Part shown: positions 1 through 11,425 of the stretch, piece by piece
Position numbering within the stretch: position 1 is the stretch's first letter
How the letters are laid out: the number at the start of each line of letters is the position of its first letter
Assembly (NCBI GenBank): GCA_963713605.1
Contig: CAVQMO010000003.1
Span: 256,001-320,000 of the forward strand
DNA: 64,000 bases
Reading direction: 5' to 3'
Source of the DNA: an uncultured Nitrososphaerales archaeon
GTDB lineage: Archaea; Thermoproteota; Nitrososphaeria; Nitrososphaerales; Nitrososphaeraceae
Position numbers and translations under genes: made by a program
Notes under the pieces: generated by a model
Database searches by the model: none
Told to the model about the DNA's origin: nothing
Seen by the model: the letters and a program-made list of their open reading frames with translations, nothing else

Positions 1-180
1 GCACTTGCAACAGAAGATGCATTTGCCACTAAGAAGAGAGAATACAATCAAGCAACAGCGCAAGCAAATGCTTGTGGAAATGGTGAACTGCCATTGAATG
101 TCTTCTGTCAAAACATCGGTTCACAAGTTCAGGGCGATGAAAACGCAGTAGCAGCTACTGGCAGCCAAAGCGCAGATTAA
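1..180 (+). CDS. 5'-truncated small secreted C-x10-C protein (array copy 1)
   Basis: Frame 1 reads ALATEDAFATKKREYNQATAQANACGNGELPLNVFCQNIGSQVQGDENAVAATGSQSAD*; clear paralog of 480-716 and 915-1187; followed by a T-rich terminator-like tract. Confidence 0.85.
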   Translation, partial: ALATEDAFATKKREYNQATAQANACGNGELPLNVFCQNIGSQVQGDENAVAATGSQSAD

Positions 181-479
181 GAACAAATCAACTTCTCTTT
201 CTTTTTTTTGTCTTTCATATTGTTAACATAATTGTAATAATATTGTATATATATTATAACTGAAAAATTAGCCGTCAGTCATACGCATACGATATATAAC
301 ATGGCTACTGTTCTCCATGCCCGAAATGCATTTATTATTTGCTAGCGCTAAGATATTTCATTGTTTCAAATATATGACAATATTTTACGTATATTTAATG
401 GAACATAAATCTGATTTAGTCTAGTGTTTAAAATTTCTAAAAATAGAAAAAGAAGATGTTAATTACAATTGGTAGCAAT

Positions 480-716
480 ATGAACACTAGATACTTAGTA
501 ATCATAGCAACGATAACGGTAATGTTAGTTGGCGCTACGGCACTTGCTACAACTGATAACGTATTCGCTGGAAAGAAGAAATACGAAAAGAGTCAAGCAG
601 CATCTCAAGTCAATGAATGTGGTAATGGTGAGCTGCCATTGAATGTTTTCTGTCAAAATCTGTTATCACAAATCCAGGGTGACGGAAATGCTGCAAATAT
701 AATCGGAGTACAATAA
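480..716 (+). CDS. small secreted C-x10-C protein (array copy 2)
   Basis: Signal-peptide-like N-terminus (MNTRYLVIIATITVMLVGATALA..VFA), then SQVNECGNGELPLNVFCQNLLSQIQGDGN; ATG at 480 preferred over 456. Confidence 0.85.
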   Translation: MNTRYLVIIATITVMLVGATALATTDNVFAGKKKYEKSQAASQVNECGNGELPLNVFCQNLLSQIQGDGNAANIIGVQ

Positions 717-914
717 CAATCGCCTACATCTAAAGTACTTTTTTATTTTCAAAATAACAAGATTATATTAATCAAATACCCATAAGTAAGACACATATAA
801 CAACTCTCGTAAACAATTCGAGATTACGTGCCATAACAAATATGCGATTTCTGTAATCTATTGTTTTTTCTTAACTGAGATAACTTCAAGTCGTAAACTA
901 TTACTGTTAGAGTA

Positions 915-1187
915 ATGAAATATGGAGCGATAGCTGTATTCGGTGCAATTTTGCTCGTAATGGTTGCTATGTCTTTCATGTCTCCGCATATAATATTAGC
1001 AAGTAGCTATGAAAAGAGTCAGGTTCTATCACAAACCAACGAATGTGGTAATTATTGGTTTCCAGTGAATGTTATATGCTCCAATTTGAATTCCCAAGTT
1101 CAGGGTGACGAAAATAATGTTGCAATGACAACAGCAACCAATGAAAAAATTGAACCTGACACAAATTTTGGTCCGCCGTTTCCCTAG
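915..1187 (+). CDS. small secreted C-x10-C protein (array copy 3)
   Basis: Hydrophobic leader, then YEKSQVLSQTNECGNYWFPVNVICSNLNSQVQGDEN. Confidence 0.85.
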   Translation: MKYGAIAVFGAILLVMVAMSFMSPHIILASSYEKSQVLSQTNECGNYWFPVNVICSNLNSQVQGDENNVAMTTATNEKIEPDTNFGPPFP

Positions 1188-1408
1188 AAGTAGGTTAGCT
1201 ATAACCAGCTTGAATTATTAGTTCATATTTGGCCGGAGAGTGTTTGGCTATGCGTTAGTCTATTGGCTAGTTGGTCTAGTATAGAATTAGATTGTGAAGT
1301 TACCCTGAACTTCAACAGCTAAATTGGATATCACTCAATAGGCTTGATGGTGCTATTATATCTAATAATATTATTATATCTAACTAGATGGCTAGCTGAC
1401 AGAGAGTT

Positions 1409-2071
1409 CTATGTGTAAACCTCTCTTTGTCTATTAACTGATAACTCTGCAGCAGTTTCTCTTGCTGTGTTTGCGATGGTTTTTGCATTATCCACATTTA
1501 TTCTTGAAAGCTCTTTTGTATATCGTTGTGCTCGTTCGAATGCGTTTCCCAAAGCTTCAATATTTCCAAATAAGATGTCATTGCCTATTCTTACTGATGC
1601 TGAGAGGTTTTCAGCAATATTGTTGACTGACCTGACATATGTCTCTGCCGGTACTCTCGGAGAAAACCAGTAATCATGTAATCTATTAGCATTTTCATAA
1701 TACGGAGCTGCAGAGTTAATGAGCGAATCAACTACTGACTTTTGAGCTTCAATATAATCTTCTACCATTTTTCCAGTCGATTCTAATACTTGTTCTTGAT
1801 AGTGAGTAACTACAGTTGTGAATTGTGGAATTTGAGTTCTTGCTTCGTCTATTGATTTTCTTACATTCTCTTTTGTTTCATCTAATGATTTGTGAAATGT
1901 GCGTTGAAAATCTTGTACTGCTACTAGTTGTTGTTGTTGCTGTTGTCCAACTTTTTGTAGAGTTTGGGCTGCATCGTTTTTATCTCTTATACTTTTGGCT
2001 TCTTCAGCGACTCTTTGAGTGTCTTCAATAGCTTTAACTTGTTCTGTTTTGGACATATAAGATCTTCTCAC
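1409..2071 (-). CDS. helical coiled-coil hypothetical protein, possibly phasin-like
   Basis: 220-aa ORF, amphipathic helical Q/E/A-rich composition; function is inference. Confidence 0.65.
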   Translation of the reverse strand: MRRSYMSKTEQVKAIEDTQRVAEEAKSIRDKNDAAQTLQKVGQQQQQQLVAVQDFQRTFHKSLDETKENVRKSIDEARTQIPQFTTVVTHYQEQVLESTGKMVEDYIEAQKSVVDSLINSAAPYYENANRLHDYWFSPRVPAETYVRSVNNIAENLSASVRIGNDILFGNIEALGNAFERAQRYTKELSRINVDNAKTIANTARETAAELSVNRQREVYT

Positions 2072-2400
2072 GATAGTTATATAAACACTGGCAATTTAAT
2101 GGAATTTGTCCCCATATTAGGTAACATCAGGCATATTGCGGGATTAATACGGCGTACGTTCTAATATTATCAGTTAATAGATGCGGTATCTGTAGCCTGG
2201 TTGGTCATAATGCATTAGATATATTCAACATCGAGATTGTTCTGTGATTCTTCAATAAATATCAATTCAGTCTTGCCATAAGAATGAATTCTTTCATCGG
2301 TGATCATGGGAATAAGATCAACAGGTAAAGAAACAAAAGCCGTATAACTAAATTTGTGCACACTGCATACCTAGGCTGTATCAAAATAATGAATAACTAA

Positions 2401-2607
2401 CTATTTCCATTCAAAATCCGCTTTTATCTCACGTTCCCAGTACATATCTTGTTTTTCTAAGCGGTAATACTTGATATCCTCGGGTCCGGGATAACCAGGT
2501 AAGTTTGGATGTCTGGTTACGATGTGGCGCCCCTATCCGTCGACTGAGCCAAAGTCTTTACTTTCACAATAGTAACGACATGGTGGAAAATTACTCGTAT
2601 TTACCAT
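2401..2607 (-). pseudogene. small Zn-finger-like protein with internal TAG
   Basis: Manual translation MVNTSNFPPCRYYCESKDFGSVDG*GRHIVTRHPNLPGYPGPEDIKYYRLEKQDMYWERE..; C-x3-C..H-x4-H spacing. Confidence 0.5.
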
Positions 2608-3024
2608 CTCTCGTTGTAACTAAAATAGCTTTTATAGAATTGCTTTTAATTTCACAATAAAGTCGTGCCTAAATAGCTTGGTCGTTATAGCATCACATAC
2701 GAGTCCGGGCGATACTGAGCATAATCAAATATGTACTATTTTGGAAATTCTTTACGACAATATACCTTCATTATATGTTCCAAGATTTGGAATACTGTAT
2801 TAGGCCATAGCTTAGTGCTTGATGGTAACAAAAGAGTAAGAGAGCTGACATGTGGAGGGTACTATATTTTACAATAAAAGAATAGGTAACTTAAATACAT
2901 CTATAAGATTTCTCAAAAAAATCTCAGGAAGTCATGTTGCGGATTCATAGAGTTAAGCACAAGATTCATATATTTAGAGGTAGATGGTAGTATGCCAAGG
3001 ATAAAAGGAACTAGTATTTAAGAC

Positions 3025-3510
3025 ATGTCAGATAAGAGAGACGAGTCTTCTGAAGAGGATGAGGCAGATCAAGATTCAGATAATCATCGAAGTCATGGAA
3101 ATCAGCAAGGAAGAGGAAACCCATCGACAGTCAATGAATCCTTAGAAAAAGCTTTCAAGATTAGGTGTAACACGTTAGATGAGGGTACGATGGCTTTTAT
3201 TCATTGGCTGAACTCTACTCATAAGAAGTCTACCATCGAAAATCCATTTGTCGTCAAAGACTTTCAGAATGATAAGTGTACAGTGTTATGGGATAGCTCA
3301 GTACAAGCAGAAGTGCATATTGATACAAAAGATGGAGGACCCGATGTGTCAGTATTGCAAGGCAGATGATTGTGCTCATGTTGGTTTCACAATATGTCTG
3401 GAGCAACTTCATGGTAGAGGTGAAACGTTGGAAAGCATTGAAGCTGAAACAGAGGATGAAAAGTACTGCCGTAAACAAAGAGAACCAAACCGCCACAGGT
3501 TTGAGCTATT
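3025..3510 (+). CDS. frameshifted hypothetical protein with C-x2-C-x4-C-x-H Zn-binding motif
   Basis: 3025-3369 joins the 3248-3568 frame near 3340 to give ..DTKDGG/MCQYCKADDCAHVGF; 3' end uncertain. Confidence 0.5.
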
Positions 3511-3512
3511 GT

Positions 3513-4746
3513 CTATTCATCGGTCTTATCGCTTCCTATATATTCTTCTCCTAATCTTTCTTTTTTGAATGCATTAGCTACCCGCCAACCAAATTTTATG
3601 ATATAAGGCGTCATGAATGTTGTTATTACAGTCATTGTACCAACCATAGGTAACAGAAATGAACTTGTTACCCCAACATCCGAACCTCCTTTTGCTGCAA
3701 CAAGAGCTGAGCTCTCCTCCAGAAGAAGATAGGCCAAAACCAGTTCTTAAAGATGTAACAATGCTAAGGCCTTGAGATCTTGATGCAAGAAATACTGTGA
3801 AGAATTTTGAAGATATGGAGATTCCAACCAAGACTAATGCGGGTACTATGAATGCAGGTAGCAACGTAATATTCATTAAAGCTCCAACCGACACGAAGAA
3901 TAGTGCAGCGAACATATCCCTTATAGGACTGGCCAGCACTTTTGTAACAGAATGTACCTTTGATTCTGCAATCAACACGCCAGCAAAGAATGCGCCTGCA
4001 GCCACAGAAATGCCTACTTCAAACGCAATAAAGCATATGCCAAAGGTTACTCCTAGCATAGCTACCACTAATATATCATGTTGGTTCGTACTTCCCACGT
4101 AGTTAATGAATCGCGGTACGACTTTAGAACCAAGAAACAGAACTCCACCAATAAATGCCAATACCAGCCCAATTGACGTCGCTATCTCGAAGATCGATAC
4201 GTCACCCAGTGGGGAGGAGGCTACTGACTGCAGGATTGCAAGCATAGATATAATTATAATATCCTCGATAACTGCCACTCCAAGGATAAGTGTAGTCGCC
4301 TCATCTTGGATCATGTTCAATTCTTCTAGGATCCTCATAACGATTACCGTACTTGTTACTGAGATTGCTAGTGCTAAGAATAGACTATCGAACAACTGAT
4401 ATTGCAACACGGAATGACCTACCATAAACCCAATGACAAAAGTACCGAATGCCTCCGATGATGCAATAACAAAGGCCCTTTTTCCAATTTTGCGTAACTT
4501 CGCTATGGGAAATTCCATTCCCACAACAAAAAGTACCAATATGACTCCGATCTCTGCGAACAGGTTTAGTACCTCAGTGCTAGTTATTAGACTAAAAGGT
4601 GGTGTATATGGGCCAATAATCATTCCAGTGATGATGAAACCAATGACCATTGGTTGCTTGAGTTTATATGAGATCAAGGCCATGACAGATGCAATTATCA
4701 TAATGACCGTGAAATCCTGTACTACTTGACCTATCTCAATCACCAT
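3513..4746 (-). CDS. cation:proton antiporter (CPA2/Kef-like), one frameshift near 3705
   Basis: Multi-TM protein with GMIIGP, AEIGVILVLFVVGMEF, ISVTSTVIV, VIEDI, RDMFAALFFVSVG motifs; C-terminus in ORF 3513-3737. Confidence 0.9.
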
Positions 4747-5258
4747 TACCGTAAAACCATATAAAAAAAAGCCAAGCACCCGTTATAACAGTTTGGATAT
4801 TACTCCTGTCTAATCGCGTAACAAAAATAATTTATTCGGTCAATATATAATACATGAGTCGCCTTACCTGAATTGTTAAGGTCGATTTAAGCGCTTCAAA
4901 GATTGTTTGAATATTTCTTCAATATCTCAGAATTCAAATGTCCTCCTTTTGCTCGTTCGGTTTAATATAACCTGTCCGATTTGTTTCTTATTCCACCAGA
5001 TGAAATTGAATTGGATAGATCGGCGATCATGGCCACAAATGTGAGATTATTCTTGGTGCGCTCAACTGTGTGCTATATCTATAGTCCATTTTTGCTTCTT
5101 CCTTCCTCGCTTTCCACTTTCTGACACCTACTTTTCACATAAGCTCATAGCAAGGTCACTATTTCCAATTTGACTATTGCGTCGATATACGTATTTAGCG
5201 CTTAGGGAAATGTTGCAAGTTTGGAATACTATGTGCAGTATATCTAAGCTTCCAATAT

Positions 5259-6054
5259 CTAAGCTTCCATCTTGATCATAGATCTTGTAGCGATTAAAAA
5301 TACTGCAGATGAGAGCAAACCAAGTATTACCAGTTCAATATTGGTGAACGTAGTTACTTGTCCAAAAATTCCCGCTCTGGTAATATCAACTATGTAAGTT
5401 AACGGATTGACGTAGAAAGCGGCAGATAAGGGTTGAGGTAAACCCTCTGCAGGATAAAATGCTGAACTAACAAAAGCAAAGAATAGAAATAGACCGTTAC
5501 TAATTACATTATAGCCTTCACTACTCTTCATCCTAGTGGATAAAATTATTGTGAAAGAACCAAAGAATATTGACCCCGCTATTAGTGCGTATATGGTGTA
5601 GGGGATACTCCATAGTGTGACATTGATATCATGGAATATTGTTGGAAAACCAATTATCATAATAACTGCGGCACTGCCTAATCCAATTAGAATGAGTGTT
5701 ATAAGATTGGCAAAAACATATTGAATTTTATTAAATGGCATGACCAGTATTTGTTGAAACATGCCATTTCTCTTATCATTCCAGATGATTGCTCCAGCTG
5801 ATAGTACTCCCATTCATTACATTAAATCCTATCATACCAGCAGTCAGAAATGAAACATATGATACAGTCAACGATCCTATAGTGATGCCTTGATCTCCTA
5901 TTAAGGCAGAATACGCGTACCCTGCGACAAATATATAAACGACCGGAAAGGCTATTTGCCAAATCAAAAACATCTTATCGATCGCAGCAACAATGTTCCT
6001 GTACACTAGTAAAATGACACTGTATCCCACGATGTAGTCATTCATTGACTTCAT
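5259..6054 (-). CDS. ABC-2 type transporter permease, frameshifted near 5810
   Basis: Two hydrophobic ORFs (5776-6054, 5259-5813) with YVSFLTAGMIG, SSAFYP, NPLTYIVD motifs. Confidence 0.88.
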
Positions 6055-7143
6055 ATTCTATCGTTATCCCTCGAATTGTTTTCATCATTGACTATTGATA
6101 AGAATACTTCCTCCAATGATGGCGGATTTATAGAGATACTTTCTATATGCATACCATTCTTCGAAACGAGCTGTAAGATCTCAGAGATAACTTCTTCTGC
6201 GTTATTAACTGTAATTGTAACTGCATTTAGATTTGTTTCATTTATATCGATATGGGAAGTAATATTAGTAGTATTATTCCTACGTCTTTGGTCATCATCA
6301 TTATTCTCACTCCTCATAATTATATTCTTTAGTAGATCAACAAAGGATTGACTGAGTACCTCTTTGAAGGTAATTTCAATAATCTTGTTTGCTCCACCAT
6401 ATTTCTGTTTTAGCCCTGTTGGAGTATCAAAAGCAATTATTCTTCCATTATCTATTATAGCAATTTCATCACACAAATATTCTGCTTCCTCCATTACGTG
6501 GGTAGTAAAGAAAACCGTTAGACCAGACTTTACGTGTTTCTTAATATAGTCCAAAAGCATACGTCTCGCAGAAGGATCCAATCCTACTGTAGGTTCATCG
6601 AGAAATAGAAGATCCATATCCTCTTCATGCATGAATTCTCTTGCAAGCTGCACTCTTCTTCTCTGACCTATAGAGAGCTCATCATTCTTGGAATTTCTGA
6701 TAGATTCAAGGTCAAAAGTGCTCAATATTTCATTCACTTTATCCTTTCTTACTTTGCTATTATGCAATCCCCATAATAGACCATATAGGTCAAGGGCCCT
6801 TTCTACTGTTAGATTCGCCTCAAAACTAGGGTTCTGTGACACAACTCCTATCTTTCTCTTGATTTCAGACTGTTTTTTAATTATGTCTTTACCAAAGATG
6901 AATACACCCCCAGACGTGGGACTAAGAAGAGTCGTAAGGATCTTAAGGGTTGTAGTCTTTCCAGCTCCATTTGGACCAAGAAATCCAAATACTGTACCAT
7001 ACTTTACGTCGAATGAAATGCCATCAAGGGTAAACGCATTAGTCTTACCATATTGCTTTTTAAGATTAGTGACTGAAATACAGGGTCCATTTCGATCTCC
7101 GATTCGATGAAGGTGCTTGATTGCTAATTCGATTGTTTAACAT
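6051..7143 (-). CDS. ABC transporter ATP-binding subunit (DrrA-like)
   Basis: Frame stays open upstream of 6842 through Walker A GPNGAGKTT (~6950-6980); LSIGQRRR signature and LFLDEPTVGLD Walker B; ATG at 7143 is out of frame. Confidence 0.9.
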
Positions 7144-7285
7144 TCATTGCCACCAAATTATCATACTACTATGTCACAGTGTGTGTGTACATGTCGTTGA
7201 CCCTTAAATGATAATATATAAAGTATAGTTTATAAATATGCAAGGGAGTAAATAGATGAATAGAGTTCCTGTATTTAAACATAAC

Positions 7286-7299
7286 TGACTGGTCAGTCA
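7286..7299. promoter_or_regulatory. palindromic operator candidate TGACTG-GT-CAGTCA
   Basis: Perfect 6-bp inverted repeat ~140 bp upstream of the ABC ATPase, in the divergent intergenic region. Confidence 0.45.
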
Positions 7300-7557
7300 T
7301 CAAATTTTAATATCGGATTAGTTATTCTCACTATGAACTTTCAGAGCAATCCATCTTCTTCCTTATTGCTTATATAGTTGGATTTCGCCCGATTCAAATG
7401 ACGAATAATCTGCTTGTCTCGTTTACGAATTATGAGTTCCGAGCTCTGGAGCGGCTCTCAGTTTAATCAAACACGATTGTAAAGTGGGTCACCCAAAACA
7501 TAGGATTTCAATCTATGCTTATCAATCTATACTTATTAGCCTAGTCAAACCAAAATT

Positions 7558-7866
7558 ATGGAGTTAATGCTCGACCCTAATGCTAAGCGGATATTTTGGT
7601 ACCTCTTTGCTGGCTCTAGGGGAGGTAATAATAGAATCAAGATTATTGAATTGCTTGAAGAACATCCGCATAACATAAATCAGCTTGCTGAAACCCTCAA
7701 GCTTGATTACAAAGCGATTCAACACCACATTTCAGTACTTGAGAAGAATAATATGGTTAGTAAAGTAGGGGAAAAATACGGAGTGTCATATTTCATTTCT
7801 GAATATCTTGAATCAAACATTACAGCCTTTGATCAATTAGCATCTCAAATAAAAAAAAGAGTATAA
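7558..7866 (+). CDS. ArsR-like winged-helix transcription regulator
   Basis: SRGGNNRIKIIELL..NINQLAETLKLDYKAIQHHISVLEKNNMV HTH pattern. Confidence 0.85.
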   Translation: MELMLDPNAKRIFWYLFAGSRGGNNRIKIIELLEEHPHNINQLAETLKLDYKAIQHHISVLEKNNMVSKVGEKYGVSYFISEYLESNITAFDQLASQIKKRV

Positions 7867-7974
7867 AATAAGGATATATCCGTTATTCATATAATCCGGT
7901 GTTTATTTTCTTAGATCTGGAACAAATATAGACAAAAGTAAATAAGAGAATTACCGTATTTTGGTGCTGTTAGG

Positions 7975-8259
7975 TTGGATGCTCTGATCATCGCTAATGC
8001 AATTGTAGCTTCAGCGAATATTGCTGTCCTAATAGCATTATTTGTACTATATGCAAAAGTCTACAAAAGTAGCAAGGCTAATTTTACTATTGGCCTAATC
8101 CTATTTGCTAGCCTGTTGATGTTACACAACATAATTGCTTTATATGGTTACTTTATAATGGAGCCGCTTTATGCTCCCACATTAATCCCATATTTTTTGG
8201 CCATACATGTAGCGGAACTGGGTGGACTACTAGTATTATTTAGAATCACGCTTTTGTAG
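7975..8259 (+). CDS. small 3-TM membrane protein
   Basis: Three hydrophobic segments; directly follows the wHTH gene. Confidence 0.75.
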   Translation: MDALIIANAIVASANIAVLIALFVLYAKVYKSSKANFTIGLILFASLLMLHNIIALYGYFIMEPLYAPTLIPYFLAIHVAELGGLLVLFRITLL

Positions 8260-8330
8260 ATGATATGGCCCATATTCATGAAGTGAGCTCGAATCTGAAT
8301 GCAGTTTGCAAGATGATGTAAACATTTAAA

Positions 8331-9404
8331 TCAATTTCTTGTAACTGCTTCGTTCTTGCTATAGATGGTACCTGCTTGAATAACTGAATTAAGTGGAACG
8401 TACCTCCCTGGTAATATGATGACTGCTGCACCCACAGCAGCATTGTCTCCAACAAGTGCTCCAAAGTGATTCCTTCCTATATCCATAAACTTTCCCATGC
8501 TTATTTCATATCTGATATTTCTTCTGTCCAACAGGACGTTGGCAGTTCCAGAAAATCCTCCAAACCATACGTTCTTGCCAATGACGCTGTCAAGAATTAC
8601 ATTCTGATGTGATATTTTATCATGACCCTTAAAATATGATTTCGCAATTTCACAGTTAAATCCTATCTTAACATTATTCTCAAATACGCAATTACGTATC
8701 AGAGAGCTCATGCCAATGAAGCTGCCCTTACCGATGTAACTTGCTCCCTTTATCTTACAAAAGTCATCTATAATGACATCATCTTCTATTATGCATGGAT
8801 CCTCGATAATACTAGTTTTTGCCACTGATGCTGTTGGAGAAATTACCCTCTTCTTTACAAAATTGCACATTATTTTCTGAATGACGTCGAGAAATTCCCA
8901 AGGATATGTTATGACGGTAAGTAAAAGTTCTTTTACATTTTCTGACGGATAAATGATAGAGTTGAGAGGAACAAGATAGGAAGAATTGTCAACTGTAGTA
9001 GGTTCATGTTCATAGAGTCTTGTACTGTAAGCCATACTATAGTTGGTGGTCTGTTTGACGTTAAAGCTGTTACTATTGATAGAGAAAGTCTTTGTTCCTG
9101 CGGGTGATTGGTTGACCAATCTTGTCTCTGTACTTTGAAACACACTCGCCTCAAATAGTTCATTTTCATCGTAAGTATCTACTTCAAATTCAGGTGCCAT
9201 ACTCCTTACCAACGTCTTTAAATAAGGCATTGTCTTGGGAACTGCTACATTTTGAATACTGACAATTCGCGATAATAAACGGATATTTCGTACTATGATT
9301 GGTTCGCCCATGAAGCTCAAAGAGGAAATGCATCCATGGGCTCCCCAATCCCCATCCATTACGGGACGCATAAAATGATAAGTATTATAGAGAATTATTT
9401 TCAC
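8331..9404 (-). CDS. GlmU/sugar-nucleotidyltransferase-like protein with left-handed beta-helix
   Basis: Degenerate nucleotidyltransferase-like N-terminus (MGEPIIVRNI), YPWEFL, hexapeptide repeats, GTANVLLD, FGALVGDN. Confidence 0.8.
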   Translation of the reverse strand: MKIILYNTYHFMRPVMDGDWGAHGCISSLSFMGEPIIVRNIRLLSRIVSIQNVAVPKTMPYLKTLVRSMAPEFEVDTYDENELFEASVFQSTETRLVNQSPAGTKTFSINSNSFNVKQTTNYSMAYSTRLYEHEPTTVDNSSYLVPLNSIIYPSENVKELLLTVITYPWEFLDVIQKIMCNFVKKRVISPTASVAKTSIIEDPCIIEDDVIIDDFCKIKGASYIGKGSFIGMSSLIRNCVFENNVKIGFNCEIAKSYFKGHDKISHQNVILDSVIGKNVWFGGFSGTANVLLDRRNIRYEISMGKFMDIGRNHFGALVGDNAAVGAAVIILPGRYVPLNSVIQAGTIYSKNEAVTRN

Positions 9405-10270
9405 ATTGTTAACCTATATCAGCCAAGAATGCCAGCTATATATTGATGACACAATAATGTACCTAAACCTACCATGACAATAATGTACCTAACATTAGGC
9501 CTATGTGATTTAAGGGTAGAAAGACTTCTGTATATAACTATATTTCAAAAATAAATTTCTAGAATTTTTGAAATACTAGTTTGATAACCTGTTCAGGCTA
9601 ATGAAAGTGTCAAGATGCTAAGAGTGGGGAGCAAGCAGTTAAAACAAACAGACAGTAATTCCTTTGAATTTCTTAAGAAGATGATTTCGTTAGACTTAAA
9701 ATTCTTGTATTCAATTTCACAATCAATCTTATCTGGGCTATCAGGAGAAGGCAATTCGTCGTATACTTCTTCCTCAATAAGCCGCCTTTTGTTTCTTGGA
9801 TTCACACTCATTGATACAATTTATAACAAAATGCCCTATATAAGGAATTAGATTGATTTTCATGATTTCTGCATATATAATTTCGTGCTTTAATAATGGC
9901 CTAAAAGAAACCAATGACATATCATTTTCATCCTTTCACATACCCAATTTGAATTGAGATATCGTTCTCGTTTTCATCCAAGCGTAAAGGTATATAGTTG
10001 GAATCTCTTACCTCTTACGTCAACAATAACAACATATTGTCCATATTCATTACTATTAATAAGATTATGAAGTCTTTGACCGTTAACCAGATTATGTGCT
10101 ATACATAAGAGTTTAAATCGCTAATGAATAATCATTTTCAGTTACTCTGATATGAAATAGATTTCTAACGCTAAATAAAATTTAGGGCCATTTACATATG
10201 TTCTCCAGGCCTACAGCAAATTTTAGTCTAATTCGAAACAATTTAAATATGTAATTGTGTCATAATATTT

Positions 10271-10744
10271 ATGTCAAAGATTTTAAATGCCAGTCCAGGT
10301 TTTGGTGCACCTCTTAGTGAGCAAGAGACTAAGGATTTCTTAAATTCTAAGATATTGAATGTGCATCTTGGCACAGTTGATGAGAATGGTCATGCAAATA
10401 TTCATCCTGCATGGTACTATTACGACTCTTCTAAGGACAAGATATACGTAGAAACAGGAAGTCAATCAAAGAAAATAAACAATCTAAAAAGAAATGATAT
10501 GGTTTATTTTTGCATCGACGATCAAAACCCTCCGTACAAAGGTGTACGCGGAAAGGGAACTGTAAAGATTTATGAAGATATAGACTTTAATGTTCCAGTT
10601 GCAGAGAAGATACATATAAGATATTTAGGAAGCCTAGAGAATCCTATTTCACAAGCGCTCATAAATGCAATAAGGAATGGTCAATCAGTTGTCTTGGAAA
10701 TTAGCCCAAAATATTACTCAACTTGGGATTACAGTAAAATGTAA
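10271..10744 (+). CDS. pyridoxamine 5'-phosphate oxidase-like split-barrel protein (possibly F420-dependent)
   Basis: LGTVDENGHANIHPAWY, SKKINNLKRN, YKGVRGKG, TWDYSK motifs. Confidence 0.85.
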   Translation: MSKILNASPGFGAPLSEQETKDFLNSKILNVHLGTVDENGHANIHPAWYYYDSSKDKIYVETGSQSKKINNLKRNDMVYFCIDDQNPPYKGVRGKGTVKIYEDIDFNVPVAEKIHIRYLGSLENPISQALINAIRNGQSVVLEISPKYYSTWDYSKM

Positions 10745-11158
10745 AATGATCATGCAAATCAAATTTTTAGTTAATTCCTATTCCGAACGTATGGTTATCA
10801 GCTATCGGTTATCGGTTAGTGTTTATTAGTTATTAAACGGTTTCTGTGTTTACTGGCTGAAACAGTCAGGACCGTGTTACCTACTGTTAAGTTACACTAG
10901 GTAACTTGAGGAACTAGATAACACGTTTGCAATTCCAATAACATGTATGGAGTTATACCAGATGCGTTGAGATACGGAATATAAGCCTCATTCAAGATAC
11001 AAATTCGAGTTTGATTTGTTGATCTACCATATCTGCCACTTTCTTATCTTCCTACCTGCCGAACCTTCTTATTCCTAAGATAGAAATTGGATATATAATT
11101 TGTCTTTAATGTTGAATGCAAGTTACTATAAGCAACAAGCGTATCTCACATTCAACAC

Positions 11159-11425
11159 TTACCAGTAGGCACTTTCAGATTCAAGATCAGAATCAGTATT
11201 GCTTCTCTTGGAAATATATTCATTTATTTTCTTAAGACCCTTAAATGTTCCCTCAATTGCGAAAAGCGAAGGGGCATTGGTTGTGGGAAGTTCACCACAA
11301 CAGCTATCTTCAAATTTCTTGATATCGTATTCTACATACTCAATACCTGATAATTTCAAGAGATCAACTGCCTTTAGAGAATCGTCGGACTCGTCTATGA
11401 GTAACACTGGCTTGCGTTTGGACAC
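11159..11425 (-). CDS. small glutaredoxin-fold-like protein with Cys-Cys
   Basis: AVDLLKLSGIEYVEYDI..SCCGELPTTNAPSLF..FKGLKKI pattern. Confidence 0.6.
   Translation of the reverse strand: MSKRKPVLLIDESDDSLKAVDLLKLSGIEYVEYDIKKFEDSCCGELPTTNAPSLFAIEGTFKGLKKINEYISKRSNTDSDLESESAYW

Noticed and set aside
3797..4729. Plus-strand ORFs 3797-4102, 4106-4399, 4433-4729 and similar antisense ORFs elsewhere (e.g. 6688-7110, 47404-47886, 53827-54057, 57360-57872)
   Set aside because: Antisense shadows of better-supported genes on the opposite strand
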